Part shown: positions 9,425 through 18,411 of the stretch, in pieces
Layout: the number at the start of each line of letters is the position of its first letter
Numbering within the stretch: the stretch's first letter is position 1
Notes under the pieces: generated by a model
Databases searched by the model: none
What the model saw: the letters and a program-made list of their open reading frames with translations, nothing else
What the model was told of the DNA's origin: nothing
Translations under genes and position numbers: made by a program
From: Nonlabens ponticola
GTDB lineage: Bacteria > Bacteroidota > Bacteroidia > Flavobacteriales > Flavobacteriaceae
NCBI RefSeq assembly: GCF_003966335.1
Contig: NZ_CP034549.1
Span: 450,001 to 482,000, forward strand
DNA length: 32,000 nucleotides
Reading direction: 5' to 3'

Positions 9425-9745
9425 ATGGAAGAAATCAACGGACAAGAAATAGGAGAAAAAGTAGTACGCGTGCTTAAGACCATCTATGATCCAGAAATCC
9501 CAGTAGATATCTATGAGCTGGGCTTGATCTATGACGTGATGGTAAGCACCGATGCAGACGTCAAAATCCTCATGACCCTAACCTCACCCAACTGCCCTGT
9601 AGCCGAAACGCTGCCCGTAGAAGTTGAGGAAAAAGTAAAGTCACTCAAGGAAGTCAACGATGCCGAGGTCGAGATCACTTTTGATCCACCATGGAATAAG
9701 GACTTGATGAGTGAAGAGGCCAAACTAGAACTAGGAATGCTGTAA
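9425..9745 (+). CDS. DUF59/MIP18-family Fe-S assembly protein (SufT/PaaD-like)
   Basis: 106 aa. IYDPEIPVDIYELGLIY and LTSPNCPVAE are typical DUF59 motifs. Confidence 0.85.
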   Translation: MEEINGQEIGEKVVRVLKTIYDPEIPVDIYELGLIYDVMVSTDADVKILMTLTSPNCPVAETLPVEVEEKVKSLKEVNDAEVEITFDPPWNKDLMSEEAKLELGML

Positions 9746-9746
9746 C

Positions 9747-10262
9747 ATGCGTGAAGAAATCATCAATAGAGTCGCACAATCAAAACTGCAAACGCTGGAC
9801 TTAGAAGACTACTACGTTCCAGGAACACGCAGCCAGATTGATATTGCACCATGGCTGTTAGATGGTATGGTGTTGGTAGAATCACGCTTTCGCGAAAGCG
9901 TAAAAACCACAGACTTTACTGCATATCAAGATCACCACGTTGCCCTACACTGCAGTACAGATGCGATCATACCGCAATGGGCATGGATGCTGGTTCAAAG
10001 CGAGCTTACTGGTGTAGCCAAAACCGTTATTCACGGCTCGCTGGAAGATCTTGAAATTCACCTTTACAATAAAGCTCTGGAAAATATAGATTTAGAGGCA
10101 TATCAAAATGTTCCTGTAATTGTCAAGGGTTGTAGTAACAAACCAGTGCCTACCAGTGCCTACATTTCCATTACAGGAAAGCTGCAGCAAGTGGCTAGCA
10201 GTCTGATGTTTGGCGAGGCCTGTAGCGCTGTTCCTGTTTACAAAAAACCTAAGGCTCGATAG
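9747..10262 (+). CDS. DUF2480 family protein
   Basis: 171 aa. Recognised from memory of the flavobacterial DUF2480 pattern (LEDYY...HCSTDAI.P.WA.ML...KGCS.KPVP..AY...GEACS.VP). It starts 1 nt after the DUF59 stop codon and contains palindrome copy 3. Confidence 0.65.
   Translation: MREEIINRVAQSKLQTLDLEDYYVPGTRSQIDIAPWLLDGMVLVESRFRESVKTTDFTAYQDHHVALHCSTDAIIPQWAWMLVQSELTGVAKTVIHGSLEDLEIHLYNKALENIDLEAYQNVPVIVKGCSNKPVPTSAYISITGKLQQVASSLMFGEACSAVPVYKKPKAR
9882..9903. repeat. Iterated palindrome copy 3 (TCACGCTTTCGCGAAAGCGTAA, 21/22) inside the DUF2480 CDS
   Basis: Read directly. It is translated as SRFRESV. Confidence 0.95.
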
Positions 10263-10314
10263 CCCACCTGAGCATTTATTAAGCTTATTGCGTGGCAGAC
10301 TAGTTTAAGATTAC

Positions 10315-10322
10315 TAATTTTG
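10315..10322 (+). promoter_or_regulatory. Candidate -7 box (TAATTTTG)
   Basis: Matches TAnnTTTG, 20 nt upstream of the ATG at 10343. Confidence 0.3.
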
Positions 10323-10342
10323 GTTTTCTTAACACTTCAGCC

Positions 10343-11251
10343 ATGAAAAAACTCATCCTACTTTTATTTGTCATTACCGCAGTAACTGCTCAAGCACAAG
10401 ATGCAGAAGAGCAGCCACAAGGCTGGTCTAACGGCGGTATTTTCCAACTGCTATTCAATCAAAGTGCCTTTAATGCCGAGTGGCAAGGTGGTGGTACCTC
10501 AAGTCTTGCAGGCAACCTAGGATTGAATTATGACATCAACTATTTGATGGATCGCACTTCTTGGGATACCAAAATCATTGCAGAATATGGTATCACGCGT
10601 CAGGATGGCGATGAGTTTACTCGCAAGACTAATGACCGTCTAGAACTCAACACCGTTTATGGTTACAAGATCGCTGAAGACAGCGCATGGTCCTATTCAT
10701 TCTTTTTAAATGCGCTGACGCAGTTTACCAAGGGTTACAATTTTGGCGAGGATGAAGATGGTAACGTCACCAGAACCGAGCGTACCAATTTCCTATCGCC
10801 AGGTTACTTTCAGGCCGGTCCTGGCATGTTGTACAAAAAGGGTGATAACCTATCGGTAAACATTGCTCCAGCAACGGCACGATTGATCGTTGTCGATGGT
10901 CAATTTACTGATGGTCCTGATTATGTCGATGGCGCTTATTTTGGTGTAGATGCAGGTGAGACCACTAGATTTGAACTGGGTGCTTCCATCAATGCGCTAT
11001 ACAACTTCCAGATTGCCGAAAATGTGCGCATGGACAACGTGCTACTACTCTACTCTAACTACCTGGACAAGCCAGGAAATATTGACATCAATTACAGCAC
11101 AAACATCAACATGAAAATCAACGAGTGGTTAAGTGCCAACTTGATTTTCCAAGCGATTTATGACGACAACGCCGTTGGTGCGTTCCAGATACGTGAGGTT
11201 TTTGGCTTGGGTCTTAATTACAAGCTAGGCGACGCTAGAGAGGTGCAGTAG
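10343..11251 (+). CDS. Outer-membrane beta-barrel-like protein (DUF3078-like)
   Basis: 302 aa. Signal peptide ending AQAQD, alternating aromatic/hydrophilic pattern. The WSNGGIFQLLFNQSAFNAEWQGGG opening recalls DUF3078. Confidence 0.55.
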   Translation: MKKLILLLFVITAVTAQAQDAEEQPQGWSNGGIFQLLFNQSAFNAEWQGGGTSSLAGNLGLNYDINYLMDRTSWDTKIIAEYGITRQDGDEFTRKTNDRLELNTVYGYKIAEDSAWSYSFFLNALTQFTKGYNFGEDEDGNVTRTERTNFLSPGYFQAGPGMLYKKGDNLSVNIAPATARLIVVDGQFTDGPDYVDGAYFGVDAGETTRFELGASINALYNFQIAENVRMDNVLLLYSNYLDKPGNIDINYSTNINMKINEWLSANLIFQAIYDDNAVGAFQIREVFGLGLNYKLGDAREVQ

Positions 11252-11264
11252 GTTTGTTTTTATT

Positions 11265-11284
11265 TTACTTTCGCGAAAGCGTGA
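11265..11284. repeat. Iterated palindrome copy 4 (degenerate: TTACTTTCGCGAAAGCGTGA)
   Basis: Perfect 12-bp core CTTTCGCGAAAG at 11268-11279. The left arm lacks 2 nt. It lies between convergent genes. Confidence 0.9.
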
Positions 11285-11315
11285 CAAGAAAATTGCTATT
11301 CTGCAACTAGATAAT

Positions 11316-12857
11316 CTATGTCATCGTCTTAATCAATGCAGATAAAATACTCAACCAGATGAAGTTGAAGATGCTTTTTGAGGTGTCGCGTTCTGCCTCG
11401 CCAGTTCCCGTGCGGTAATCGTCGTCGCCGTTGTTGGAATTTTTGGGAACAAATATGTTAGCAATACCGCTGGCAATCTTACTAAAGATATTGTCTTGAT
11501 CTTCCAGCAATTCTACCTTGAACTCATTAAATGACATTTTCATATTGGTGATAGAATTGATGTTGTCACCGTCAATGTCAAAATAGATCTCATCAAGATC
11601 ACCCTTGAAACCTATATTCAAATTAGGTTGCGTGAATCTATTGATATTGCTGGCTGGCAAATTGAAAATATGACCGCTAAACCGAAACGTTTCCTGATCA
11701 TCATTTACATCAAAAGTCCAGTCTGCATGCAGGTCGCCAGCATCTTGAAAAATACCATCGGCCGTGATGTTTGTTTTGACACCTGATTCTTGAGTATTAC
11801 CTACGGTAACCATGGTCAGATCCATTTGAGAAAACTTGATCTCACCTGGTGGCCTGTCGGCTTTCATTTTTTCTTGATAGATGACTTGCGCTTGCTTGAT
11901 GAGTATGGTGTCCATTTGCATGTCAAACGACAGCTTGCGCAGCATCTCGCTATACAGTGGCTTGTAGCTCAAGTCATCTGGTAAGGACTTGCTGCGGTGC
12001 AGGAAAGCATCTGGCTGGAAGATTTCAATACGATCTGCTCTTACCAGTAATTTATCTTCTAGCTGGACATCATAGTTGCGTATTTGCAAACTATCTACAT
12101 CCATCTTGATGTAATCGCGCTCTCTATCTAGTTGCCTATTATACTCGCCTATAGAGTAATCTGGAACGATCCTAAAGTCAATGACATCGATTTGATCTTT
12201 ACCTAATCTAAAGTCACGCACCTGAACGTGCTCTAGGTTATTCAACTTGTAATACAGTGAGTCTGTAGTGATACTTACATCATCATAGGTAACAGGAATC
12301 TTCTTAGCAATTTGTAAACTGTCTGTAGCAAGATTGACGAGGCTCAATTTCCCATCATAAATGGACATGATGAGCGAGTCAGCCTGTTTATTATACATAT
12401 CAAAACTAGAACTACCTATCTCAAATTTCTTGATTAAGATATCCTTATTGATTTCCGCCAGCGGATTTCTCTTAGAACCCGATGAGTCGGCAGGTTTTTG
12501 ATATCTGTTTTGGTAATACTTGACCGCATTCCTATCAACGCGTATCAAATCAATCTTAATCTGATCCTTGAAGAAGTATTCCCAATAATCCACACCTTCA
12601 ATGTCCAGGTAATTAAAATAACCTGAGGTATGAACCTCATCATCCTGCTGATTTGAAAGCGCTACCTGAATACTGTCAATCCTTATACTACCAGACCACA
12701 AACTCATGGAAAGATCTTCATACTTGAGATCCACATTATCTGCCAGACCATTTTCTAGAAAGTTGACAACCTTGCCTTTAATGATGGTGTTTGCAGTAAT
12801 CAAACCGATTACAAAAATGGTAGCTAGTATTCCTATAACAATCAGTAGCTTTTTCAT
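11316..12857 (-). CDS. Hypothetical N-terminally anchored protein (possibly AsmA-like)
   Basis: 513 aa with a single N-terminal TM (LLIVIGILATIFVIGLITA). It starts 9 nt downstream of the hflX stop codon. No firm family call. Confidence 0.6.
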   Translation of the reverse strand: MKKLLIVIGILATIFVIGLITANTIIKGKVVNFLENGLADNVDLKYEDLSMSLWSGSIRIDSIQVALSNQQDDEVHTSGYFNYLDIEGVDYWEYFFKDQIKIDLIRVDRNAVKYYQNRYQKPADSSGSKRNPLAEINKDILIKKFEIGSSSFDMYNKQADSLIMSIYDGKLSLVNLATDSLQIAKKIPVTYDDVSITTDSLYYKLNNLEHVQVRDFRLGKDQIDVIDFRIVPDYSIGEYNRQLDRERDYIKMDVDSLQIRNYDVQLEDKLLVRADRIEIFQPDAFLHRSKSLPDDLSYKPLYSEMLRKLSFDMQMDTILIKQAQVIYQEKMKADRPPGEIKFSQMDLTMVTVGNTQESGVKTNITADGIFQDAGDLHADWTFDVNDDQETFRFSGHIFNLPASNINRFTQPNLNIGFKGDLDEIYFDIDGDNINSITNMKMSFNEFKVELLEDQDNIFSKIASGIANIFVPKNSNNGDDDYRTGTGEAERDTSKSIFNFIWLSILSALIKTMT

Positions 12858-12866
12858 GACATAGAA

Positions 12867-14078
12867 TTATTCTTCTTCACTGATATCTGGATAGAGAAAC
12901 GCATTGTACGGGAATCTGGAAACATGAATTTCGCGCACTTTGTCATAAACCTTCTTGCGGAAGGCTTTCATGTTTTTCTTCTCTAACGCACTTATAAAAA
13001 GCACATCATCACCACTGCGTGACATCCATGTTTTTTTAAGTTCATCCAGCGTGTAGTGTTCCATACCACGCTCAATCATGAGATCAGTCTCGTCATAGTC
13101 AACAGGCGTGTATTGATCAATTTTATTGAACACCATAATCGTTGGTTTATCTATAGCATCAATCTCATCCAGAATCTTGTTTACTGATGCTATGTGATCT
13201 TCAAAAGACTCATGAGAAATATCCACGACATGCAAAAGCAAATCAGATTCACGCACCTCATCCAAGGTTGATTTAAATGACTCTACCAGTTGTGTAGGTA
13301 GTTTGCGTATAAAACCAACAGTGTCTGTCAATAAAAATGGTAGATTACCTACCACGACTTTACGTACGGTAGTATCTAGCGTTGCAAATAGTTTATTCTC
13401 TGCAAACACGTCACTTTTTGAAACCACATTCATGAGCGTACTCTTACCAACATTGGTGTAACCTACTAACGCAACACGCACGAGTTTACCACGATTACCG
13501 CGTTGGGTAGCCATTTGCTTATCGATCTTCTTGAGTTTGCCTTTGAGAAGTGTGATGCGATCGCGCACAATACGTCTATCGGTCTCAATCTCTGTCTCAC
13601 CAGGACCGCGCATACCTATACCACCTTTTTGACGCTCAAGGTGCGTCCATAGTCCAACTAGTCTTGGTAGTAAATATTCGTACTGCGCCAATTCTACCTG
13701 AGTGCGTGCATAACTGGTTTGCGCTCGTTGTGCAAAAATGTCCAGGATCAAATAGGTCCTGTCAATGATCTTGACTTCTAGTAATTTTTCAATATTGCGT
13801 TGTTGCGCTGGTGATAATTCATCATCAAAAATGACTGTATCAATATCACGAGACTTGATATATCCAGCAACTTCTTCCATCTTACCGCTACCTATAAAGG
13901 TTTTAGGATTGGGCTTGGACATCTTCTGGCTAAAACGTTTTTTCACGCTCGCGCCAGCGGTAAAAGCTAGAAACTCTAGCTCATCCATATACTCGTTCAG
14001 TTTTTCCTCGTCTTGTTCCTGAGTAATGACACCTATAAGAATGGCGCTCTCATACTCATGATTTTCAATTTCTAGCAT
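12867..14078 (-). CDS. hflX: GTPase HflX
   Basis: 403 aa. G1 GYTNVGKST, G3 DTVGF, G4 NKID, plus an HflX-type N-terminal domain. Confidence 0.93.
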   Translation of the reverse strand: MLEIENHEYESAILIGVITQEQDEEKLNEYMDELEFLAFTAGASVKKRFSQKMSKPNPKTFIGSGKMEEVAGYIKSRDIDTVIFDDELSPAQQRNIEKLLEVKIIDRTYLILDIFAQRAQTSYARTQVELAQYEYLLPRLVGLWTHLERQKGGIGMRGPGETEIETDRRIVRDRITLLKGKLKKIDKQMATQRGNRGKLVRVALVGYTNVGKSTLMNVVSKSDVFAENKLFATLDTTVRKVVVGNLPFLLTDTVGFIRKLPTQLVESFKSTLDEVRESDLLLHVVDISHESFEDHIASVNKILDEIDAIDKPTIMVFNKIDQYTPVDYDETDLMIERGMEHYTLDELKKTWMSRSGDDVLFISALEKKNMKAFRKKVYDKVREIHVSRFPYNAFLYPDISEEE

Positions 14079-14097
14079 ATAAAAAAGTGGCTTATTT

Positions 14098-14105
14098 CAA
14101 ATATA
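14098..14105 (-). promoter_or_regulatory. Candidate -7 box (TATATTTG) for hflX
   Basis: The reverse complement reads TATATTTG, 19 nt upstream of the hflX ATG. Confidence 0.3.
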
Positions 14106-14154
14106 CCCGATATGCCATAAGGCTAGACAGGCTTTGAGATAAGGTTATGAAATT

Positions 14155-14694
14155 CTAGTGGTCGTGATTATGATCGCCGCTACCATCATGTTGATGATCG
14201 TGAGCTGGCTCTACTTCACCTTTGGCCTGTATTTGCGGGAACGCTTCCATTTCTTTTTTGGCGGCAGCAAGAGCCTCATCCGTCATTTTTTTTACATTAT
14301 TGACCTCTTCAAATTCTTCCTGAAGCAGTTCCATTTTTTCGTTCAAGGCCTCGATAGTAGCTGGAGCGTCCTCGCCATACGGGAACTTTTCAGAATAGTC
14401 GCGCATCCATTCCATCATGGACTCGTGTGCGGCGTCAACGTTTTCCTGCACTTCAACTAATTGCTCACGGCTAGAAGCACCATCTGTAATACTGTCCAGT
14501 CCAGATTCTAGTACGGTTGTGAGCTCATAGTTAAGCTCCATGAGTTCGCTGGTCTTGGGCATGATATCATCATGAACTTCTAGAGTTTGTTCTTTCAAGT
14601 CATTGAATTCCTGCTGCAATTCTTCTAGTTCCTTATTGGTTTCATTGCAGGAAATCAATAAGAGAGCGATGATTAGTGTTGATAGATATTTCAT
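14155..14694 (-). CDS. Acidic coiled-coil lipoprotein with His-rich C-terminal tail
   Basis: 179 aa. Lipobox LLLISC, E/L/K-rich helical sequence, C-terminus HDHQHDGSGDHNHDH. Confidence 0.65.
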   Translation of the reverse strand: MKYLSTLIIALLLISCNETNKELEELQQEFNDLKEQTLEVHDDIMPKTSELMELNYELTTVLESGLDSITDGASSREQLVEVQENVDAAHESMMEWMRDYSEKFPYGEDAPATIEALNEKMELLQEEFEEVNNVKKMTDEALAAAKKEMEAFPQIQAKGEVEPAHDHQHDGSGDHNHDH

Positions 14695-14830
14695 AGTAAT
14701 TTTTTAGAATTTTAAAAATACTAGCTTGCTTGTAAATATGCGATAGCACTTCTTTTTTTATGCGGCGCTTTGGGTAAATTATAACGTTAATCGGTTCTGG
14801 CTGATTAAAAATTTAAGTTCAGTCAAGGCA

Positions 14831-14857
14831 TTGTATCACGCTCGACTTGTAGTTTTG
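14831..14857 (+). promoter_or_regulatory. Candidate -33/-7 promoter for the HDAC-family gene
   Basis: TTG at 14831-14833 and TAGTTTTG at 14850-14857. The box ends 5 nt before the ATG at 14863. Confidence 0.4.
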
Positions 14858-14862
14858 CGAGT

Positions 14863-15786
14863 ATGTTCCCGATTGCCTTTCATCCCATTTACAAACACCC
14901 GTTACCAGAAGGTCATCGTTTCCCAATGATCAAGTACGAGCTATTACCACAGCAGCTGTTGCTCGAGGGAACCGCTAGTAAGTCAGACTTTTTTGAGCCC
15001 AGCAAACTGGCTGCAGATGTTGATGTACTGCGCGTTCATGATCAAGCATATCTAGATGATTTGAAGAACTTGACGCTTGAGCGTCGTGCTGCGCGCAAAC
15101 TGGGTTTCCCGTTAAGTAAAATACTGGTAGAACGCGAGCTGCGCATCGCTCAAGGAACCATTGAAGGCTGCCTAAAAGCCATGAATTACAAGGTCGCTAT
15201 GAACATCGCTGGCGGCACGCACCATGCCTATACAGATCACGGTGAGGCTTTTTGTTTACTCAACGATCAGGCAATTGCGTCTAGATACTTACAACAACAC
15301 GGTCATGCAGAAAAAATTCTTATAGTAGATCTAGATGTGCATCAAGGAAACGGCACCGCGCAAATCTTCCAAAAAGATGACAGTGTCTTCACCTTTAGTA
15401 TGCATGGCGCTGGTAATTATCCTTTCAAGAAAGAGCAATCTGATCTTGATATTGCGCTGCCAGATGGCACAAATGACGATACCTTTCTGAGTGAACTACG
15501 CAACACGCTACCTGATCTTATTCATGAGCAACGACCCGATTTTATATTCTATCTCGCTGGTGTTGACGTTTTAGCCACTGATAAGCTAGGTAGGTTAGGA
15601 ATGACACTGGATGGTTGTCGTATGCGAGATGAGTTTGCTTTTTCCGCTTTCGCGAAAGCGGAACATAAATCAAAACCATTCATACCAGTACAATGCAGTA
15701 TGGGCGGCGGCTACTCACCTGAGATCAAGGTCATCATCGATGCACACAGCAATACCTACAAGGCAGCGCGAGATATCTTGATTTAG
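14863..15786 (+). CDS. Histone deacetylase family protein (acetoin utilisation/HDAC-like amidohydrolase)
   Basis: 307 aa. GGTHHA, DLDVHQGNGT and MGGGY motifs are typical of the arginase/deacetylase superfamily. Contains palindrome copy 5. Confidence 0.9.
   Translation: MFPIAFHPIYKHPLPEGHRFPMIKYELLPQQLLLEGTASKSDFFEPSKLAADVDVLRVHDQAYLDDLKNLTLERRAARKLGFPLSKILVERELRIAQGTIEGCLKAMNYKVAMNIAGGTHHAYTDHGEAFCLLNDQAIASRYLQQHGHAEKILIVDLDVHQGNGTAQIFQKDDSVFTFSMHGAGNYPFKKEQSDLDIALPDGTNDDTFLSELRNTLPDLIHEQRPDFIFYLAGVDVLATDKLGRLGMTLDGCRMRDEFAFSAFAKAEHKSKPFIPVQCSMGGGYSPEIKVIIDAHSNTYKAARDILI
15642..15663. repeat. Iterated palindrome copy 5 (perfect 22 bp coding variant TTCCGCTTTCGCGAAAGCGGAA)
   Basis: Read directly. 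It lies inside the HDAC-family CDS and is translated SAFAKAE. Confidence 0.95.
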
Positions 15787-16215
15787 TTAGACAATCCATC
15801 GCTTGCGAGAGGCGTGAACGGCAAAAAGTACGAGCACCACATCCATCAAAAGCACCATGTAAAACAAGGTTTGCTCACTCATGCCAACGGCGTCCAGCTC
15901 ACCTGAGCTATACGTATACACACTACTTATCATGATGGATACCAGCGATACCACAGCCAGTGTAACGGCAAACTTCCTGCGAGCCAGCAATAAAACGCAA
16001 GACAACGTGCCAGTAAAAACGGCAAGGCCAAAGTTGAATAGATACCATCCTGGTCGCGCATTGTATAATTCCATTTGTTTCTCGTCGTATGCCTGGGTCA
16101 CTAATTCTGGTGCAAAAGCCTCAGTTAAGAAAGCAGTAAGGCCTATGAGATTCCATAACAATAAAATCACTGAAAGTATCCAGAACCAGACGGCCGGTTT
16201 GATGCGCGTTGTCAT
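15787..16215 (-). CDS. Hypothetical integral membrane protein (about 4 TM)
   Basis: 142 aa with four hydrophobic segments. Its stop codon directly abuts the HDAC stop codon (convergent, 0-nt gap). Confidence 0.6.
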   Translation of the reverse strand: MTTRIKPAVWFWILSVILLLWNLIGLTAFLTEAFAPELVTQAYDEKQMELYNARPGWYLFNFGLAVFTGTLSCVLLLARRKFAVTLAVVSLVSIMISSVYTYSSGELDAVGMSEQTLFYMVLLMDVVLVLFAVHASRKRWIV

Positions 16216-16340
16216 AATGGTGGTTGTTTAAATGACCAAAGTAATAATTTCTTAATGATCAAGGTATCATAAAATTGCGATCAGCGCGTTTTTCTTTGGC
16301 ATTATATTGGTTTATCCTGTTGCCGTAACTTGCGATAATT

Positions 16341-16880
16341 ATGAAATACTTTTTGATTTTGGGATTGGTTTTTGGGTTTCAGCAGTCATTTGCTCAAGGC
16401 AAAGTGAGCGCACAAATGACTGACTCTTGTGAGACTCAAAAACAGGAAAAGCTTACGTTTTTATCTGATGGCTCTTTTCAGGATCCCAGCGCGGTACAGC
16501 GAGAAATGTCAAAACTAAAACCTTGCGGACTCGACGATTATGATATACAATTTTTTGGTAAGATCGATGTGCTTTCCAGCATGCTCAAGAAATTGACTGA
16601 AAGTAAAGACATAAGCATGGTAACCTATGGCGACATGCTGGCAGCAATTGAAAGAGTGAAGAAAAGTCCTAATTACCAACAGTTAAAAAAACTAGCGCTA
16701 ATAAGCCAAAAACTCGCTGCCACTAGAGCCAATATCAGAACCTGGGAACAGGATCGATTACTTTTTCTCGAGCTAGGATCCAGCGAAAAGGTCATGACCA
16801 AAGTCTATGAATACCTGCGACAAAATCCTGACAACACTTTGACCTATCAAGCACTGTTGATGGAGTTGAAAGAGAAATAA
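16341..16880 (+). CDS. Hypothetical secreted protein
   Basis: 179 aa with signal peptide ending SFAQG. No family recognised. Confidence 0.55.
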   Translation: MKYFLILGLVFGFQQSFAQGKVSAQMTDSCETQKQEKLTFLSDGSFQDPSAVQREMSKLKPCGLDDYDIQFFGKIDVLSSMLKKLTESKDISMVTYGDMLAAIERVKKSPNYQQLKKLALISQKLAATRANIRTWEQDRLLFLELGSSEKVMTKVYEYLRQNPDNTLTYQALLMELKEK

Positions 16881-16901
16881 TTATTATTTTCAAGGACACT
16901 T

Positions 16902-18371
16902 ATGCTTTTCAAAATGAGATATACTGTTCTTGCTACTATAATTTTTGCCTTTTTAGTATCATGCGATAAAAAAAACCATAAAACAGAACTGATTGAACAA
17001 ACTGAGATTGTTCTTGAACTTGAGGGCTTTGATATTGATAGTGACAAAAGATTTATTCAAATCAGTATTGAAAACGGACTACAGCCAATCAAGGAACAAC
17101 TAGATATCAATGCTCAGGGCAAAGTAAATTTTAATTTTTTTACCAAAAGAAAAAGAGAGGTGCTGTTCACGTATGAGGGCTATAGATTTAAAGCTTTCGT
17201 ATCTCCTGGAGAGAGCTTTCACGCAATCATTCCATTTGATGAACTAACTGATTATACGTCATACTACCCAAATTTGAAAATTGAGCCAAGCGAGAATTCA
17301 AACTTGAACTATCAAATAATTAAATATGGCAATCATATAGACAGCTTAATCAACACTTCCACCAACGGATTCTCGAATGACGGTAATGTGAACGAATTAG
17401 ATTATGCAAACCTTCGAATACGCGAGATGAATAAGCAAATTGCTGATTTGAAATCGCATTTTAATGAGGTTGATAATTCTGAATTTATTTCGTGGGCAGT
17501 TTCAGAAATAAAAAATTATGCTGGAAACGATTTGAGCTTATATCCTTTTGTTAATGGAATCAATGAAGAGGTACACGCTGATCATACATACTTTAAGTTT
17601 ATCTCGAAGGTTGAAGATGACCTTTCTTATCTAACGCATTCGAAGTTAAATTACTTAGAAAGTTTATCAACTTCTCATATGATTATGAGCAATGTTTCAA
17701 ATAAATATAAAGAGAAGAGAGAAGAATTAGAAAATAAGGGCTTAAACAATTTTCCTATTGCTTACGATAAAATCAAAACATATTTGAATAAAAAGGATGG
17801 AGAGATAATGATGGCAAGCTTATTTATGGATACTTATCGAGTTCCAAAATCATATGCAGACAGTCTCAATGGATTGGTTGATGGTAAGCTTATTAACCAA
17901 GTTCATTCTATTCAAGAATCTGAGAATATAAATATTATAAATGCATTGAAATCTTTCAAGCTCACTGACCAAGAGCGAGAACCACTATTAAAAATATACG
18001 ATAACGCAGATGGAAAAGTCATTTACCATGATTTTTGGTTCTCAACCTGTGCACCATGCATGATGGAAATGCCTTATTATAACAAATTTATTGAATCAGC
18101 TGACGACACGGTAGTTGAATTTGTCTTTTACGGTGTCTACATGGAAGAGGAACAGTGGCAGAAAACAATTGAACAATTTGATTTACAAGGAAGGCACCTT
18201 TTATTAAATAAGAATCAATTAGCCTTCTTCGAAAAATATTTCGATGTATATGGCTATCCTCATCACCATTTTGTTCTCTCAAACGGAACAATCGGTGATA
18301 AAACCAATTTAGGACCAGGCAGCCCGAAAGGACTAAGCGAGCTGATAGAGAATGCTTTAACTATAGAATAA
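16902..18371 (+). CDS. Lipoprotein with C-terminal thioredoxin-fold (TlpA/ResA-like) domain
   Basis: 489 aa. Lipobox FLVSC. WFSTCAPCMMEMP carries a CxxC motif near residue 383. The N-terminal ~370 aa are unrecognised. An alternative ATG lies at 16914. Confidence 0.65.
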   Translation: MLFKMRYTVLATIIFAFLVSCDKKNHKTELIEQTEIVLELEGFDIDSDKRFIQISIENGLQPIKEQLDINAQGKVNFNFFTKRKREVLFTYEGYRFKAFVSPGESFHAIIPFDELTDYTSYYPNLKIEPSENSNLNYQIIKYGNHIDSLINTSTNGFSNDGNVNELDYANLRIREMNKQIADLKSHFNEVDNSEFISWAVSEIKNYAGNDLSLYPFVNGINEEVHADHTYFKFISKVEDDLSYLTHSKLNYLESLSTSHMIMSNVSNKYKEKREELENKGLNNFPIAYDKIKTYLNKKDGEIMMASLFMDTYRVPKSYADSLNGLVDGKLINQVHSIQESENINIINALKSFKLTDQEREPLLKIYDNADGKVIYHDFWFSTCAPCMMEMPYYNKFIESADDTVVEFVFYGVYMEEEQWQKTIEQFDLQGRHLLLNKNQLAFFEKYFDVYGYPHHHFVLSNGTIGDKTNLGPGSPKGLSELIENALTIE

Positions 18372-18411
18372 AATTTCTTGATAAATTCTTGAGAGAATTG
18401 AAACCAACTAT

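Noticed and set aside
16902-18371. Calling the AT-rich TlpA-like gene a genomic island or mobile element
   Set aside because: Only the composition deviates. There is no integrase, transposase, flanking direct repeat or tRNA target in view, and the neighbouring genes have normal G+C.
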